From contig NC_086097.1 of NCBI RefSeq assembly GCF_963921235.1, positions 249,242,001 through 249,306,000 of the forward strand: a DNA stretch of 64,000 bases. Direction: 5' to 3'. Of the stretch, positions 37,468 to 49,675 are shown in pieces (position 1 is the stretch's first letter; the number at the start of each line of letters is the position of its first letter). The position numbers and the translations under genes were made by a program. The stretch comes from Mobula hypostoma (Eukaryota). The notes under the pieces were generated by a model that had not been told where the DNA came from, did not search any database, and saw only the letters and a list, made by a program, of their open reading frames with translations.

Positions 37468-38445
37468 AAGATTCAAGATTCAAAGATTCAAAAAACTTTA
37501 TTGTCACTCTAACCGTACATCAGCTCTGCAGGGCAGAATGAGACAGCGTTTCCCAGGAGCAGTGCAATCATAACATAACAAATGCAACACTAAATAATAA
37601 ACATAACAATAAATAGTAAAACACAACAGCCACATGTCAGTTAAAATCAGTTATAAGTGTCCAGTGCAAGTTAAAAGTGTCCAAAGCAGAGTCAGGTAGA
37701 GCAGCTATTTAGCAGTCTGACTACCTGTGGGAGGAAGCTGTTTAGTAGCCTTGTGGTTTTAGTTTTGATGCTTCTGTAACGTTTGCCTGACGGCAGAAGA
37801 ACGAACAGTTCATGGAGAGGGTGTGAGAGGTCTTTAATGATGTTCCGTATCTTCTGGAGGCATCGACTCTGAAAGAGGTCTTGGACAGAAGGTAGGGAGA
37901 CCCCAATAACCTTCTCTGCTCCCCTAACCACCCTCTGCAAGGCTTTTTTGTCGACAGCACTGCAGCTGGAGTACCAGGTTGTGATGCAAAAGGTCAGCAC
38001 CCTCTCAACCTCGCCTCTGTAGAATGTAGTTAAGATGTTAGTGGGGAGTGATGCTTGTTTAAGCCTCCTCAGAAAGTTGAATCTCTGCTGGGCCCGTTTC
38101 ACAATCCCAGTGGTGTTCCTGGACCAGGTGAGATTGTCCGAGATCTGCACCCCAAGGAACTTGATGTTTTCCACTCTCTCCACTGTGGAGCCGCTGATGC
38201 TGAGGGGTGTGTGCTCAGGCTGAGACCGTCTGAAATCGACGATCATCTCCTTGGTTTTGGTGACATTAAGCATCAAGTTGTTATCCCTGCCCCAGCTCTC
38301 TAGGTGTTTGACCTCCTCCCTGTACATAGTTTCATCATTTTTGCTGATGAGCCCCACCACTGTGGTATCATCAGCAAATTTAATGATCAGGTTCTCCTTG
38401 AATCTGGCTGCACAGTCATGTGTTAGCAGTGTAAACACACAGTGC
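37468..38445 (-). mobile_element. Young 5'-truncated Rex1/Babar-like RT element
   Basis: Uninterrupted 248-aa ORF 37692-38438 (LLTHDC, IIKFADDTTVVGLI, KTKEMIVDFRR, LLPSGKRYRS), then AATAAA and a (TGAATCT)n tail. It splits a SINE-like repeat (37290-37470 / 38460-38545). Confidence 0.9.
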
Positions 38446-39230
38446 TAAGCACACAGCCTTGTGGGTTATGCGACCACTGACACCGGGCAGACAATCTCAG
38501 AAGAGTTTCGATAGTGGATGGGGTCACCCATCTTGTAAAGACACTGCCCAGAAGAAGGCAATGGGCTAAGAAGATACCCAAGGGTGACCTGCAGACTAGC
38601 AGAGGGAAGGAGCACTTCACATCTTCCCTACCACAGGTATATGGGTGATTATATAAAAATATAGACAGGCATAAAAAAGTTACACTACAAGAAAAATAAC
38701 AATTTGCAACCCAATCCAACATAGTCTTTATCACAATTTCCAATCTTCCCTTCACCGAGCTATCACTCCTCTCCCCCTGGATCCACACATTGCTTACCAG
38801 AACTTGTTCCACACTTTTCCTCCACCTTTTTGCACTGGCTGTCTCCGCTCTATTCATTGCCATGGATGGCTGTGGAGGCCAACTCATTGGGTATTCAGAA
38901 TACAAGGGCATCGCTTTACAATGGAGATGAGGAGGAATTTCTTTAGTCAGAGTGCTGAATCTGTGGAATTCATTGCCATAGACGACTGTGGAGGTGAAGT
39001 TATTGGGTATACTGTACATAAAACAGAGTTTGATAGGTTCTTGATTAGTAAAGACATCAAAAGAAGAAGCAAGGTTGAGAGGGAAAATAAATTAGCCATG
39101 ATCATATGGCAGAGCAGACCTGATGGGCTGAATGGCCTCATTCTGCTCCTATGTCTTATAGTTTTTATTTTTCAGTCCATATCAAGATTATGAAGGGAAG
39201 GCGTGAGAATCATGGAAAAAAAAATCCTCG

Positions 39231-39372
39231 TGACACACATAGAAGTTGCTGGTGAATGCAGCAGGCCAGGCAACACCTCTTCCTAGAGATGCTGCCTGGC
39301 CTGCTGTGTTCACCAGCAACTTTGATGTGTGTTGCTTGAATTTCCAGCATCTGCAGAATTCCTGTTGTTTGC
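39231..39372. mobile_element. Short fold-back PLE pLTR-derived insertion with TSD
   Basis: Inverted arms AAGTTGCTGGTGAATGCAGCAGGCCAGGCA / TGCCTGGCCTGCTGTGTTCACCAGCAACTT. Flanked by GAAAAAAAA(A)TCCTCG at 39215-39230 and 39373-39387. Confidence 0.8.
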
Positions 39373-40522
39373 GAAAAAAAATCCTCGATTGAATAGCAAA
39401 GCAGTGCACAATACCATAACAGTTAACGCATTTCTCTACAGCTCTGGCAATCACCAATCGAGGTTCAATTCCCGCCATTGCCTGTAAGGAGTTTATATCT
39501 TCTCCTCGTGATCAACCCGGGTTCATTTCCCGCCACTGCCTGTACCGAGGTTGTACGTTCTCCCCATGACCACATGGGTTCCCTCCCAGTGTCGCGGTTT
39601 CTTCCCACAGTCCGAAGACGTACCAGTCGGCAGGTTCATTGGTCGTTGTAAGTTGTCCCGTAATTAGGCTAGGATTAAATTGGGAGTTGCTGGGCCGAAA
39701 GGTGCTGCATCTCTAATTAAAATAGAATTAAAATTAAATAAAAACTGAGCCAGGATTGAATGGAAAAGCAGACTCAATGGGCTGAATGGACTAATTCGGT
39801 CCCTACTATATGTCTTATACGTATGATCATGCTTCCAGCTGTCTGTGCAAATCTCGATCCCCAGAATTCCCTTCCTGTAACATTTCCCTGTTATTACCTG
39901 CCTTCACCTTCAAAGCATTTTTTTACACCTGCTTTTATAGTATTTGAATATTTTTGAATGGGAGGGCTTTGATGAGTTTACACTTGGAGTACTGTCTGCA
40001 ATTTTAATCACTGTGCCTAAGGAAATATACACTTACGTAACTTTTTTTTAGATTAGTTCAATAATGATTCATCACTCGCCTCATGCTGAAGTCCCAGACA
40101 GCTGACTGTGCACAATCAAAAGGTCTTCCACAGTTGAGTAATTTCTTTTATAGACACAATAACTGTTTACTGACTTCTTTAGTGGAAGTTATGATATAAA
40201 GCACTTCTGTATACTGATACAGTGAGGCCTCCGTTGGTCAGGGTCGACCACGGAGAGCGAGCTGCGGCCTATGCAGCAGGCTCCCCCTCTCCACACAGTT
40301 GCTGAATCCCAAGGAACGGCAGAGACAGACAGGCACCAGCCGTGTTGCAGGAGTTGCCAGTCGGTGTTGAACTCCAGCTCTGGGTTTTTTCCCTTGGTGT
40401 TTACTCCGGAAACGTTGCCCATGAGTGGGTGTAGCTGCAGTGCAGTGGAGGCTTGAGATCAGAGTTCTCCTTCTCCTAGATGTCAGCCCACAAGCCCCAT
40501 CTGCCCAAAGTGACTGGTTTTA

Positions 40523-42334
40523 AGGCAAAGTTAATAAAGTCAACGAGTTCTGCATGCGTGCAGGAAGCAGCGCCAATGCAGTCGTCGATATAGCGAAGGA
40601 AAAGTGGGGGACAGATACCAGAATAGGCACGGAACATAGATTGTTCCACAAACCCAACAAAAAGGCAGGCATAGCTAGGACCCATACGGGTGCCCATAGC
40701 TACACCTTTAGTTTGGAGGAAATGGGAGGAGCAAAAGGAGAAATTATTAAGAGTAAGGACTAATTCCGCTAGACGGAGCAGAGTGGTGGTAGAGGGGAAC
40801 TGATTAGGTATGGTATCTGTCCCCCACTTTTCCTTCGCTATATCGACGACTGCATTGGCGCTGCTTCCTGCACGCATGCAGAACTCGTTGACTTTATTAA
40901 CTTCGCCTCCAACTTTCACCCTGCCCTCAAGTTTACCTGGTCTATTTCCGACACCTCCCTCCCCTTTCTAGATCTTTCTGTCTCTGTCTCTGGAGACAGC
41001 TTATCCACTGATATCTACTATAAGCCTACTGACTCTCACAGCTATCTGGACTATTCCTCTTCTCACCCTGTCTCTTGCAAAAACGCCATCCCCTTCTCGC
41101 AATTCCTCCGTCTCCGCCGCATCTGCTCTCAGGATGAGGCTTTTCATTCTAGGACGAGGGAGATGTCCTCATTTTTTAAAGAAAGGGGCTTCCCTTCCTC
41201 CACTATCAACTCTGCTCTTAAACGCATCTCCCCCATTTCACGTACATCTGCTCTCACTCCATCCTCCCGCCACCCCACCAGGAATAGGGTTCCCCTGGTC
41301 CTCACCTACCACCCCACCAGCCTCCGGGTCCAACATATTATTCTCCGTAACTTCCACCACCTCCAACGGGATCCCACCACTAAGCACATCTTTCCCTCCC
41401 CCCCCTCTCTGCATTCCGCAGGGATCGCTCCCTACACAACTCCCTTGTCCATTCGTCCCCCCCATCCCTCCCCACTGATCTCCCTCCTGGCACTTATCCG
41501 TGTAAGCGGAACAAGTGCTACACATGCCCTTACACTTCCTCCCTTACCACCATTCAGGGCCCCAAACAGTCCTTCCAGGTGAGGCATCACTTCACCTGTG
41601 AGTCGACTGGGGTGATATACTGCGTCCGGTGCTCCCCATATGGCCTTTTATATATTGGTGAGACCCGACGCAGACTGGGAGACCGCTTTGCTGAACATCT
41701 ACGCTCTGTCCGCCAGAGAAAGCAGGATCTCCCAGTGGCCACACATTTTAATTCCACATCCCATTCCCATTCTGACATGTCTATCCACGGCCTCCTCTAC
41801 TGTAAAGATGAAGCCACACTCAGGTTGGAGGAACAACACCTTATATTCCGTCTGGGTAGCCTCCAACCTGATGGCATGAACATTGACTTCTCTAACTTCC
41901 GCTAGGCCCCACCTCCCCCTCGTACCCCAGCTGTTACTCATTTTTATGCACACATTCTTTCTCTCACTCTCCTTTTTCTCCCTCTGTCCCTCTGAATATA
42001 CCTCTTGCCCATCCTCTGGGTCACCCCCCCCCCGTCTTTCTCCCTAGACCTCCTGTCCCATGATCCTCTCGTATCCCCTTTTGCCTATCACCTGTCCAGC
42101 TCTCGGCTCCATCCCTCCCCCTCCTGTCTTCTCCTATCATTTTGCATCTCCCCCTCCCCCTCCAGCTTTCAAATCCCTTACTCACTCTTCCTTCAGTTAG
42201 TCCTGACGAAGGGTCTCAGCCTGAAACGTCGACTGCGCCTCTTCCTATAGATGCTGCTTGGCCTGCTGCGTTCACCAGCAACTTTGATGTATGTTGCTTG
42301 AATTTCCAGCATCTGCAGAATTCCTGTTGTTTGC
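40523..42334 (+). mobile_element. Penelope-like element (RT, GIY-YIG, pLTR/HHR) with an inverted 5' segment
   Basis: RT motif QTKGVAMGTRMGPSYACLF (minus strand) and FLRYIDD. GIY-YIG motif VIYCVRC..GLLYIGETRRRLGDRFAEH. HHR motif at 42199-42234. Confidence 0.9.
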
Positions 42335-43315
42335 CCTGATACTTAAACCATTTTCAGAAGTTCATTTTCTTCATTTCTTATTCTTCCTCAACACATTGTA
42401 TCCCGGAATATTTAAAGTAGAGTGCTGCCTCCTTTGGGTCAATTTTCCGTTATTGTTACTTCGTATCCCATGTTGATATCACAGAAGAGAGATTCCGCAC
42501 ATGCAAGAAATCTAGTTTAAGATGGCACAAGTGAGTCTTAGCAACTTCTGGCTGGTGGCCAATGAAGCAAAGAAAATAGCTAAATACTTCGTTAATCACT
42601 CTTCTGGGAAATGACCATTGCAAACAATAGCCTGTCACTTCCCTTTGGACTTGGAGGCAACTCAATGTGGCGGAACTGAGGTGAGGCAAGACTGAGGGCG
42701 AGAAAGAGCCAAGGTTCGATCGAGTTAAGCACCGGGCTGAGTCAAAAAGGCCAGGTACGATCCAGGGTCCAGGTCCCAGAGTGTATTGAAGCGACTGAAC
42801 CTGATGTTTGGACGATGATGATTTAGTACCTGGCCAGACTGAAAACGTCAGGGTGACGGGGTCCAAGGCAAGGGACAGGCTGCTTCAACAGTGCTCCACA
42901 AGGTTTACTTGGCTCTGCTCTGCGCTGAACTGAGGAACTGTGGATGGATTCTCTGTGGATTTCCGTTCAGAACGCTATTTGCTCGAGCTTATTGTTTGCA
43001 TGATTTGTTTTTCTCTCTCTCTGCACATTGGGTGATTGACAATTTCTTTTTAATGGGTTCTTTTGGGCTTCTTTGTATTGTGGCTGGCCTGTAACGAGAT
43101 GAATCTCAAGGTTGTATAATGTATACATACTTTGATAATAAATGTACTTTGAACTTTGAAACCTTGAGCAACACACACTCAAAATGCTGGAGGAACTCAG
43201 CAGATAAGGAGCATCTAGGGAGGGGAATAAACAGTCAATGTTTTGGGCCAGAAGCCCTCATCGGGATTGGTGAACATATCAAAAAATGTTTCAACTAAAT
43301 CAGAATCAGGTTTAT

Positions 43316-43610
43316 TATAGAAACATAGAAAATAGGTGCAGGAGTAGGCCATTTGGCCCTTCGAGCCTGCACCGCCATTTATTATGATCATGGCTGATCA
43401 TCCAACTCAGAACCCCGCCCCAGCCTTCCCTCCATACCCTCTGATCCCCCATAGCCACAAGGGCCATATCTAACTCCCTCTTAAATATAGCCAATGAACT
43501 GGCCTCAACTGTTTCCTGTGGCAGAGAATTCCACAGATTCACCACTCTCTGTGTGAAGAAGTTTTTCCTAATCTCGGTCCTAAAAGGCTTCCCCTCTATC
43601 CTCAAACGGT
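43316..43610 (-). mobile_element. Young CR1 3' end
   Basis: Nearly identical to the reverse complement of 32893-33185. Confidence 0.9.
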
Positions 43611-44640
43611 GGCCCTGATATACTGTCGTGAAGTTTGTTGTTTTGTGCCAGCAGTACGGAGCAAGACATAAAAATTTACTATAAGTTACAAAAACACAAA
43701 TAAATAAAGAGATGAAAAGAGGAATAGTGATGTAGTGTTCATGAGTTCATGGATCGTTCGGAAATTTGATGGTGGAGAGGAAATATCTGTTCCCAAGAGG
43801 TCTTCAGGCTTCTGCACCTCCTCCCTGGTGGAAATAATAAGAGAAGAGTGTGTATGTCCTGGAGGGTGGGGGTCCTCTGTGACGGATGCCAGCTTCTTGA
43901 GGCCTCACCGTTAGAAGATGTCCTCAATGGTATGAAGGCTAGTGCTGGTTGAGTCTACAACCCTCTGCGGCTCCTTCCAATCCTGTGCAGTGCCCCACCC
44001 CGCACCCCCCATACCAAACCGCGATGCAGCCGGTTGGCAAGCTCTTCACAGTACACGTAGAAATTCGTCATACCAAACCTCCTCAAGTTCCTAAAGAACA
44101 TACTGTCATGCCTTCTTTGTAATTACATCACAGTGTTGGGCTCAGGATAGATCTTATGAGGTGTTGACAACTGGGAACTTAAAGCTGCTCCCGAAGAAAT
44201 GCCGCAGATATTCAGGAAAAAACATGCTTCCAAAATCTAAAAGACGTTGATCAAAGAAAAGGCCATGTTCATCCAGAACTATGAAGGCTCATATCCTGGA
44301 GATTTGAATGTTGCCCACATGTTTCCTGCTTATGTCTCTTCCAGATAGATGGGTTCTGTTGATGTAATATTGGCAAGACGTTGCAATACCTTCTCTCGTT
44401 TTATGCAGAATACCTTGTTCGGTCCCCAGGGATCGCTTCGCCCTTCATTTAGGGCCAGATTAAACCAGTCTGCCTAACCATCTAGATCATTATATGGTTC
44501 GAGTGCTACAAATACATTTTCATATTTCTATTTTGCATACGTTCTCAGAAAGGAAACAAAGCAAACACCCAAGAGTATTGGTCGCCACAGTAGCATTGCA
44601 GTTAGCACAACACTATTACAGCTTGGAGCATCAGAGTTCA

Positions 44641-44944
44641 TGTTTCATCACCAGTCGAGGTGACATCTTCAGTGCACAGATCATGCCTTGGTCCTGATTG
44701 GTTACCCCTTCCGTTGACTTTTGAATTCTATTGGCTCGCGTTTGCTTGGCTCTTTGGGGTTCGTAGATGGCGTCTATTTCAAAATGTTTGTTTACCGAGT
44801 TATCAGAAGAGAGCCACACTTCTAAAACTTCGTGTGCCTGCTTCAAGTTTGCCTGTGCCAGAACCTTCCCGTGTCCCAGCTAAAGTGGCGTCCTTTTCGG
44901 TCTTCGTGTACTGAGATCAGGAACAGTGGATCGTGTCCAAAAGA
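44641..44944 (-). mobile_element. Second Penelope-like family, 3' fragment with hammerhead motif and 12-bp TSD
   Basis: HEVLEVWLSSDNSVNKHFEIDAIYEP is a PLE C-terminal-like motif. CTGAAGA-TGTCACC-TCGACT-GGTGAT-GAAAC at 44672-44642. TSD CATCAGAGTTCA at 44629-44640 and 44945-44956. Confidence 0.75.
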
Positions 44945-45099
44945 CATCAGAGTTCAGAATAAGGATAAATGATGGGATAAATTGAGAGGCAAAAGAGCAA
45001 ATAGAAATGAAGAAGACATTTAAGACTTCAGTAACGTCAGGATTTTACTAGGGTTGGAATGAAAGCATATTATATTAATCAGAATCAGAATCATATTTA

Positions 45100-45840
45100 T
45101 TATGGTTGTTCTCCAATCATGGCAATCCACTGCAAGTAAAGTGTCAAGATTGGAGAACAACTCAACTCAACATTCAGCCACCGGAGCTATACATCTTCTG
45201 AATTATTTCCAAAGTCTTTGGGCATCAATTGCTCAAATGTGCTCACCGTTAGGAGAGCTTCTCCTGCAGGCAAGCCTCCACACAGGAGAAATTCTTCTTC
45301 CTCCACTGCAAGGAAATGGCCAAGATTGGAGAACAATGACACAGATCCTAAGTTATTATTTCCAACATACAAGATACCACCACCGCATCGTATTCACATG
45401 TTGTTAAGTGGGGGGTGAGTTTACTTGTTGGTTGAATGCCGTTTCTATCGTGCTGGTCATTGAGTGGCCCATTTGAAGGATGCAGCAGCTCTTTCCCATT
45501 GGTTACCCTGTGTGCTATGACACCTCAGGGGTATAAGGATAGCACATGCGGGAGGCTCAGCCTCTTTTCTTTCATCCCCAGGGCCCGTGCACACTGAGGT
45601 CGCGACCTGTGCTAAAGAACCATTAGGAAAGAATGCTCCAGATTTAGGAGGCCCCACACACACTCTTAGCAAAATATGTTTGTCCAATGTTTAGTTTTGT
45701 AGTTGTGTATCTTGGGGGGGTAGGATCTTAGATGCTTGGTCGAATCTTTTACTGCTTATAAATAAATGATTCATGTGTTTATTCGTAATCAGTGCCTTTT
45801 GCCTCAATTACCAAATCTATGAACCTGTTTCCTCATAACA
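45100..45840 (+). mobile_element. Possible solo LTR
   Basis: Ends in CATAACA with AATAAA at ~45760 and a TATA-like GGTATAAG, and appears to interrupt a Rex1-like tail. The 5' boundary is unclear (45100 or ~45400). Confidence 0.35.
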
Positions 45841-46074
45841 GATGTGTATATCATGAACACTAAATCACTCTTCCTCTAATGCATGATTTGTTTCTTTATT
45901 TATATTTACTGTAACTTACGGTCATTTTTATGTAATTACACTGCACTGCTGCCCCACACAAATTTCATGATGTATGTCATAATAATAAACCTGATTCTGA
46001 TTTAGTTAATAACTTATTTTTATTCCGACCCCAGTAAAATCCTTATGCTAATGACCCATGAACTCGGGAACAAA

Positions 46075-46610
46075 GGTTACCATAAGGCCATTAAGATATA
46101 GGAGCAGAATTAGGCCATTTGGCCCATCGAGCCCGCTCCACCATTTCATTGTGACTGATCCATTTTCCGTCTCAGCCCCAATCTCCTACCTTCTCCCCAT
46201 ATCCCTTTATGCCCTGACCAATCAAGAAGCTATCAATGTCTGCCTTAAATATACCGAATGACTTGGCCTCCAGAGCCACCTGTGGCAATGAATTCCACAG
46301 ATTCACCATTCTCTGGCTCAATAAATTCCTCCTCATCTCCTTTCTAAAAGGATGTAGCTCAATTCTGAGGCAGCGTCCTCTGGTCTCCGACTCCCCCATC
46401 ATAGGAAACATCCTCACCACATCCACTCTATCAAGGCCTTTCACAATTCAGTAGGTTTCAGTGAGATTCTCCCCCCCCCCTCATTATTTTGAATTCCAGT
46501 GAGTGCAGTCCTAGAGCCATCAAATGTTCCTCATGTGATAAGTCTTTCAACCATGGAATCATTTCTGTGAACCTCCTTTGAACCCTCTCCAATGTCAGCA
46601 CATCCTGCTC
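46075..46610 (-). mobile_element. CR1 3' part
   Basis: ORF 46172-46444 (MKGLDRVDVVRMFPM...SQRMVNLWNSLP) followed by a 3'UTR. Confidence 0.85.
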
Positions 46611-46659
46611 TCTTTTTGGACTGCAGAAGTAAAAATACCCTGCTGAGAGCTGTATACAG

Positions 46660-48895
46660 TACAGACCCCCAAACAGGGTAAGGATGTTGCCTACAAATTA
46701 CAATGGGAGATAGAAAATGCATGCCAAAAGGGCAATGTTATAATAGTCACGGGGGATTTCAATATGCAGGTAGATTGGGAAAATCAGTTTGGTGCTGGAT
46801 TGCAGGAGGGGCAATTTCTAGAGTGCCTACAAGATGGCTTTTTAGAGCAGCTCGTGGTTGAGCCCACTGGAGGATCAGCTATTCTGGATTGGATGTTGTG
46901 AACCAGAATTGATTAGAGAGCTTAAGGTAAAAGAACCCTTAGGAGAAAGTGATCATAATATGATTGAATTCACCCTGAAATTTGAGAAGCTAAAGTCAGC
47001 TGTGTCAGTATTACAGTGGAGTGAAGGGAATTACAGAGGTATGAGAGAGGAGTTGGCCAGAATTAATTGGAAAAGAACACTGGCAGGGATGATGGCAGAG
47101 CAGCAATGGCTGGAATTTCTGGAAGCAATTCGGAAAGGCACAGGATATATACATCCCAAAGAGGAAAATGTATTCTAAAGAAAGGATGACACAACCATAG
47201 CTAACAAGAAAAGTCAAAGCCAATGTAAAAGTCAAAGAGAGGGTATATAATAGAGCAAAGATAAGTGGGAAGTTGGAGGACTGGGAAGCTTTTAAAAACC
47301 AACAGAAGGCAACTAAAAAAGTTAATTGGAAGGTAAAGATGGCATATGAAAGTAAGCTAGCCAATAATATTCAAGAGGATACCAGAAGTATTGGTCTGCT
47401 GGAAAATGATACTAGAGAGGTAGTAATGTGGGACAATGCAACAGTGGACAAACTGAATAAGTATTTTGCATCAGGTTTCACTGTGGAAGACTCTAGCAGT
47501 ATGGTGGAAGTTCCAGGAGTCTGGGGTATGAAGTGTGTGAAGTTACCATAACTAGAGAGAAGGTTCTTAGGAAACTGAAAGGCCTGAAGTTAGATAAGTC
47601 ACCTGGACCAGATAGTGTACACCCCAGAGTTCAGAAGGAGGTGGCTGAAGAGATTGTGGAGGCATTAGTAATGATCTTTCAAGAAACACTAGATTCTGGA
47701 ATGGTACCAGAAGACTGGAAAATTGCAAACATCACTCCACTCTTCAAGAAGGGAGAGAGGCAGAAGAAAGGAAACTATGGGCCTGTTAGTCTGACCTCAG
47801 TGGTTGGGAAGGTGTTGGAGTTAATTAGTAAGGATGTGATCTCAGAGTACTTGAAGGCACATGATAAAATAGGTCATAGTCAGCATGGTTTCCTCAAGGA
47901 AAAATCTTGTCTGATGGAATTCTTTGAAGAAATAACAAGCAAGATAGACAAAGGAAAATCAGTTCATGTAGTGTACTTGGATTTTCATAAGGCCTTTGAT
48001 AAGTGCTACACATAAGACTGCTTAACAAGCTATGAGCTCATGATATTACAGGAAAGATCCCAGCATGGATAAAGCCGTGGTTGATTGGCAGGAGGTGAAG
48101 AGTGGGAATAAAGGAAGACTTTTCTGACTAGCTGCCAGTGACTAGTGGTGTTCCACAGGGTTCTGTATTGAGACCGATTATTTTTAAATGACTTCGGAGT
48201 CCTTGTGCAGGATTCCCTAAAAAGGTTAATTTGCAGGTTGAGTCTGTGGTGAGGAAGGCAAATGCAATGTTAGCATTCATTTCAAGAGGACTAGAATAGA
48301 AAAGCAAGAATGTAGTGTTGAAACTTTATAAAGCACTGGTGAGGCCTCACTTGGAGTATTGTGAGAGTTCTATGGCCACTTATATTAGAAAGGATGTGCT
48401 AAAACTGGAGAGGGTTCAAAGTAGGTTCACGAAAATGATTCCAGGTTAGAATGGGTAGTCATATGAAGAATGTTTGATGGCTCTGGGCCTGTTTTCACTA
48501 GAATTCAAAGAATGAGGGGTGGGGGGAAACTCACTGAAACCTATTGAATGGTGAAAGGCCTTGACAGAGTGGATGTGGAGGGGATGTTTCCTATGGTGGG
48601 AGAGACTAGGACCAGTGGACACAGCCTCTCAGAATAGAGGCGTGTCCTTTTAGAACGGATACGAGGAGTAATTTCTTTAGCCAGAGGGTGGTGAATCTGT
48701 GGCCGTGGAGGGAAAGTCTTCATGTATATTTAAAGCAGAAGTTGATAGATCCTTGATTGATCAGGGCATGAAGGGATGCAGTGAGAAAACAGTAGATTGG
48801 GGCTGAGAGGAAAGTTGAATCAGCCGTGATGAAATGGTAGAGCGGATTTGATGGGCCAAATGGCCTATTTCTGCTCCTATATCTTATGGTCTTAT
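46660..48895 (+). mobile_element. Degenerate CR1 (endonuclease to 3'UTR)
   Basis: PLGESDHNMIEF, KSPGPD, VPEDWKIANITPLFKKG, SQHGF and YLDFHKAFDK motifs, with an internal RT deletion. Confidence 0.9.
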
Positions 48896-49675
48896 ATTTA
48901 TATTTTTTATTGCAAATTATAGATTTTCTTAAAGTATTGAACTGTACTGCCACAAGACAACATATCTCACAATAAATGTCAGTGGTAATAAACCTGATTC
49001 TGATTGTGAAAGAACAGATAAACAATAAGTACCGTCAGTCAGCATTGCGAGAATAGCGTATTGCATTGCACCGTACGATTCAGTTACAGTAAAGGTTGTA
49101 TTTACACTGCTCACAGACATCATCGCCGTTCATGGATGAAGAATTATTTACCATTAGATTGCGAACTGAACTACAGCTGAGGGTTGTTGATATTGTACAT
49201 GCAATTACTGCTGAGTGTTATTGATACTGTGTAAAACGCATTTACAGCTGAACTATTTATACAATGCCAAGATGCAGCTGAAAGATCTTTAATTAATTTA
49301 TTTGGAGATACAGCACAGAACCGGCCCTTCCAGCTCTTCGAGCCACACTGCCTGGCAAACCCTGACTTAACCTTAACCTAATTACAGGACAATCTTACAA
49401 TGACCAGTTAACCTACTACCTGGTACATCTGTGGGAGGGAACCAGTCGAGCTGGAAGAAACCCCTGCATTCCACAGGGACTACATTCAAGCTCCTTACTG
49501 AGTGTGTTGGGATTGAACTCTGAACTTCGATGTCCTTACGCCAACTGTTACCGTGATGCTGCCCGACTACCATGGCAGTTAGAATTCAGATTAATTGATC
49601 TATCACATGTTCATCAAAATAGGCAGTGAAATTATAAATCACTTCTTATTGTAGTTTATAGCTTTCTAATTATTA

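Noticed and set aside
44200..44480. Short frames on both strands in a unique patch
   Set aside because: Under 50 aa, no recognised motif, inconsistent splice signals.
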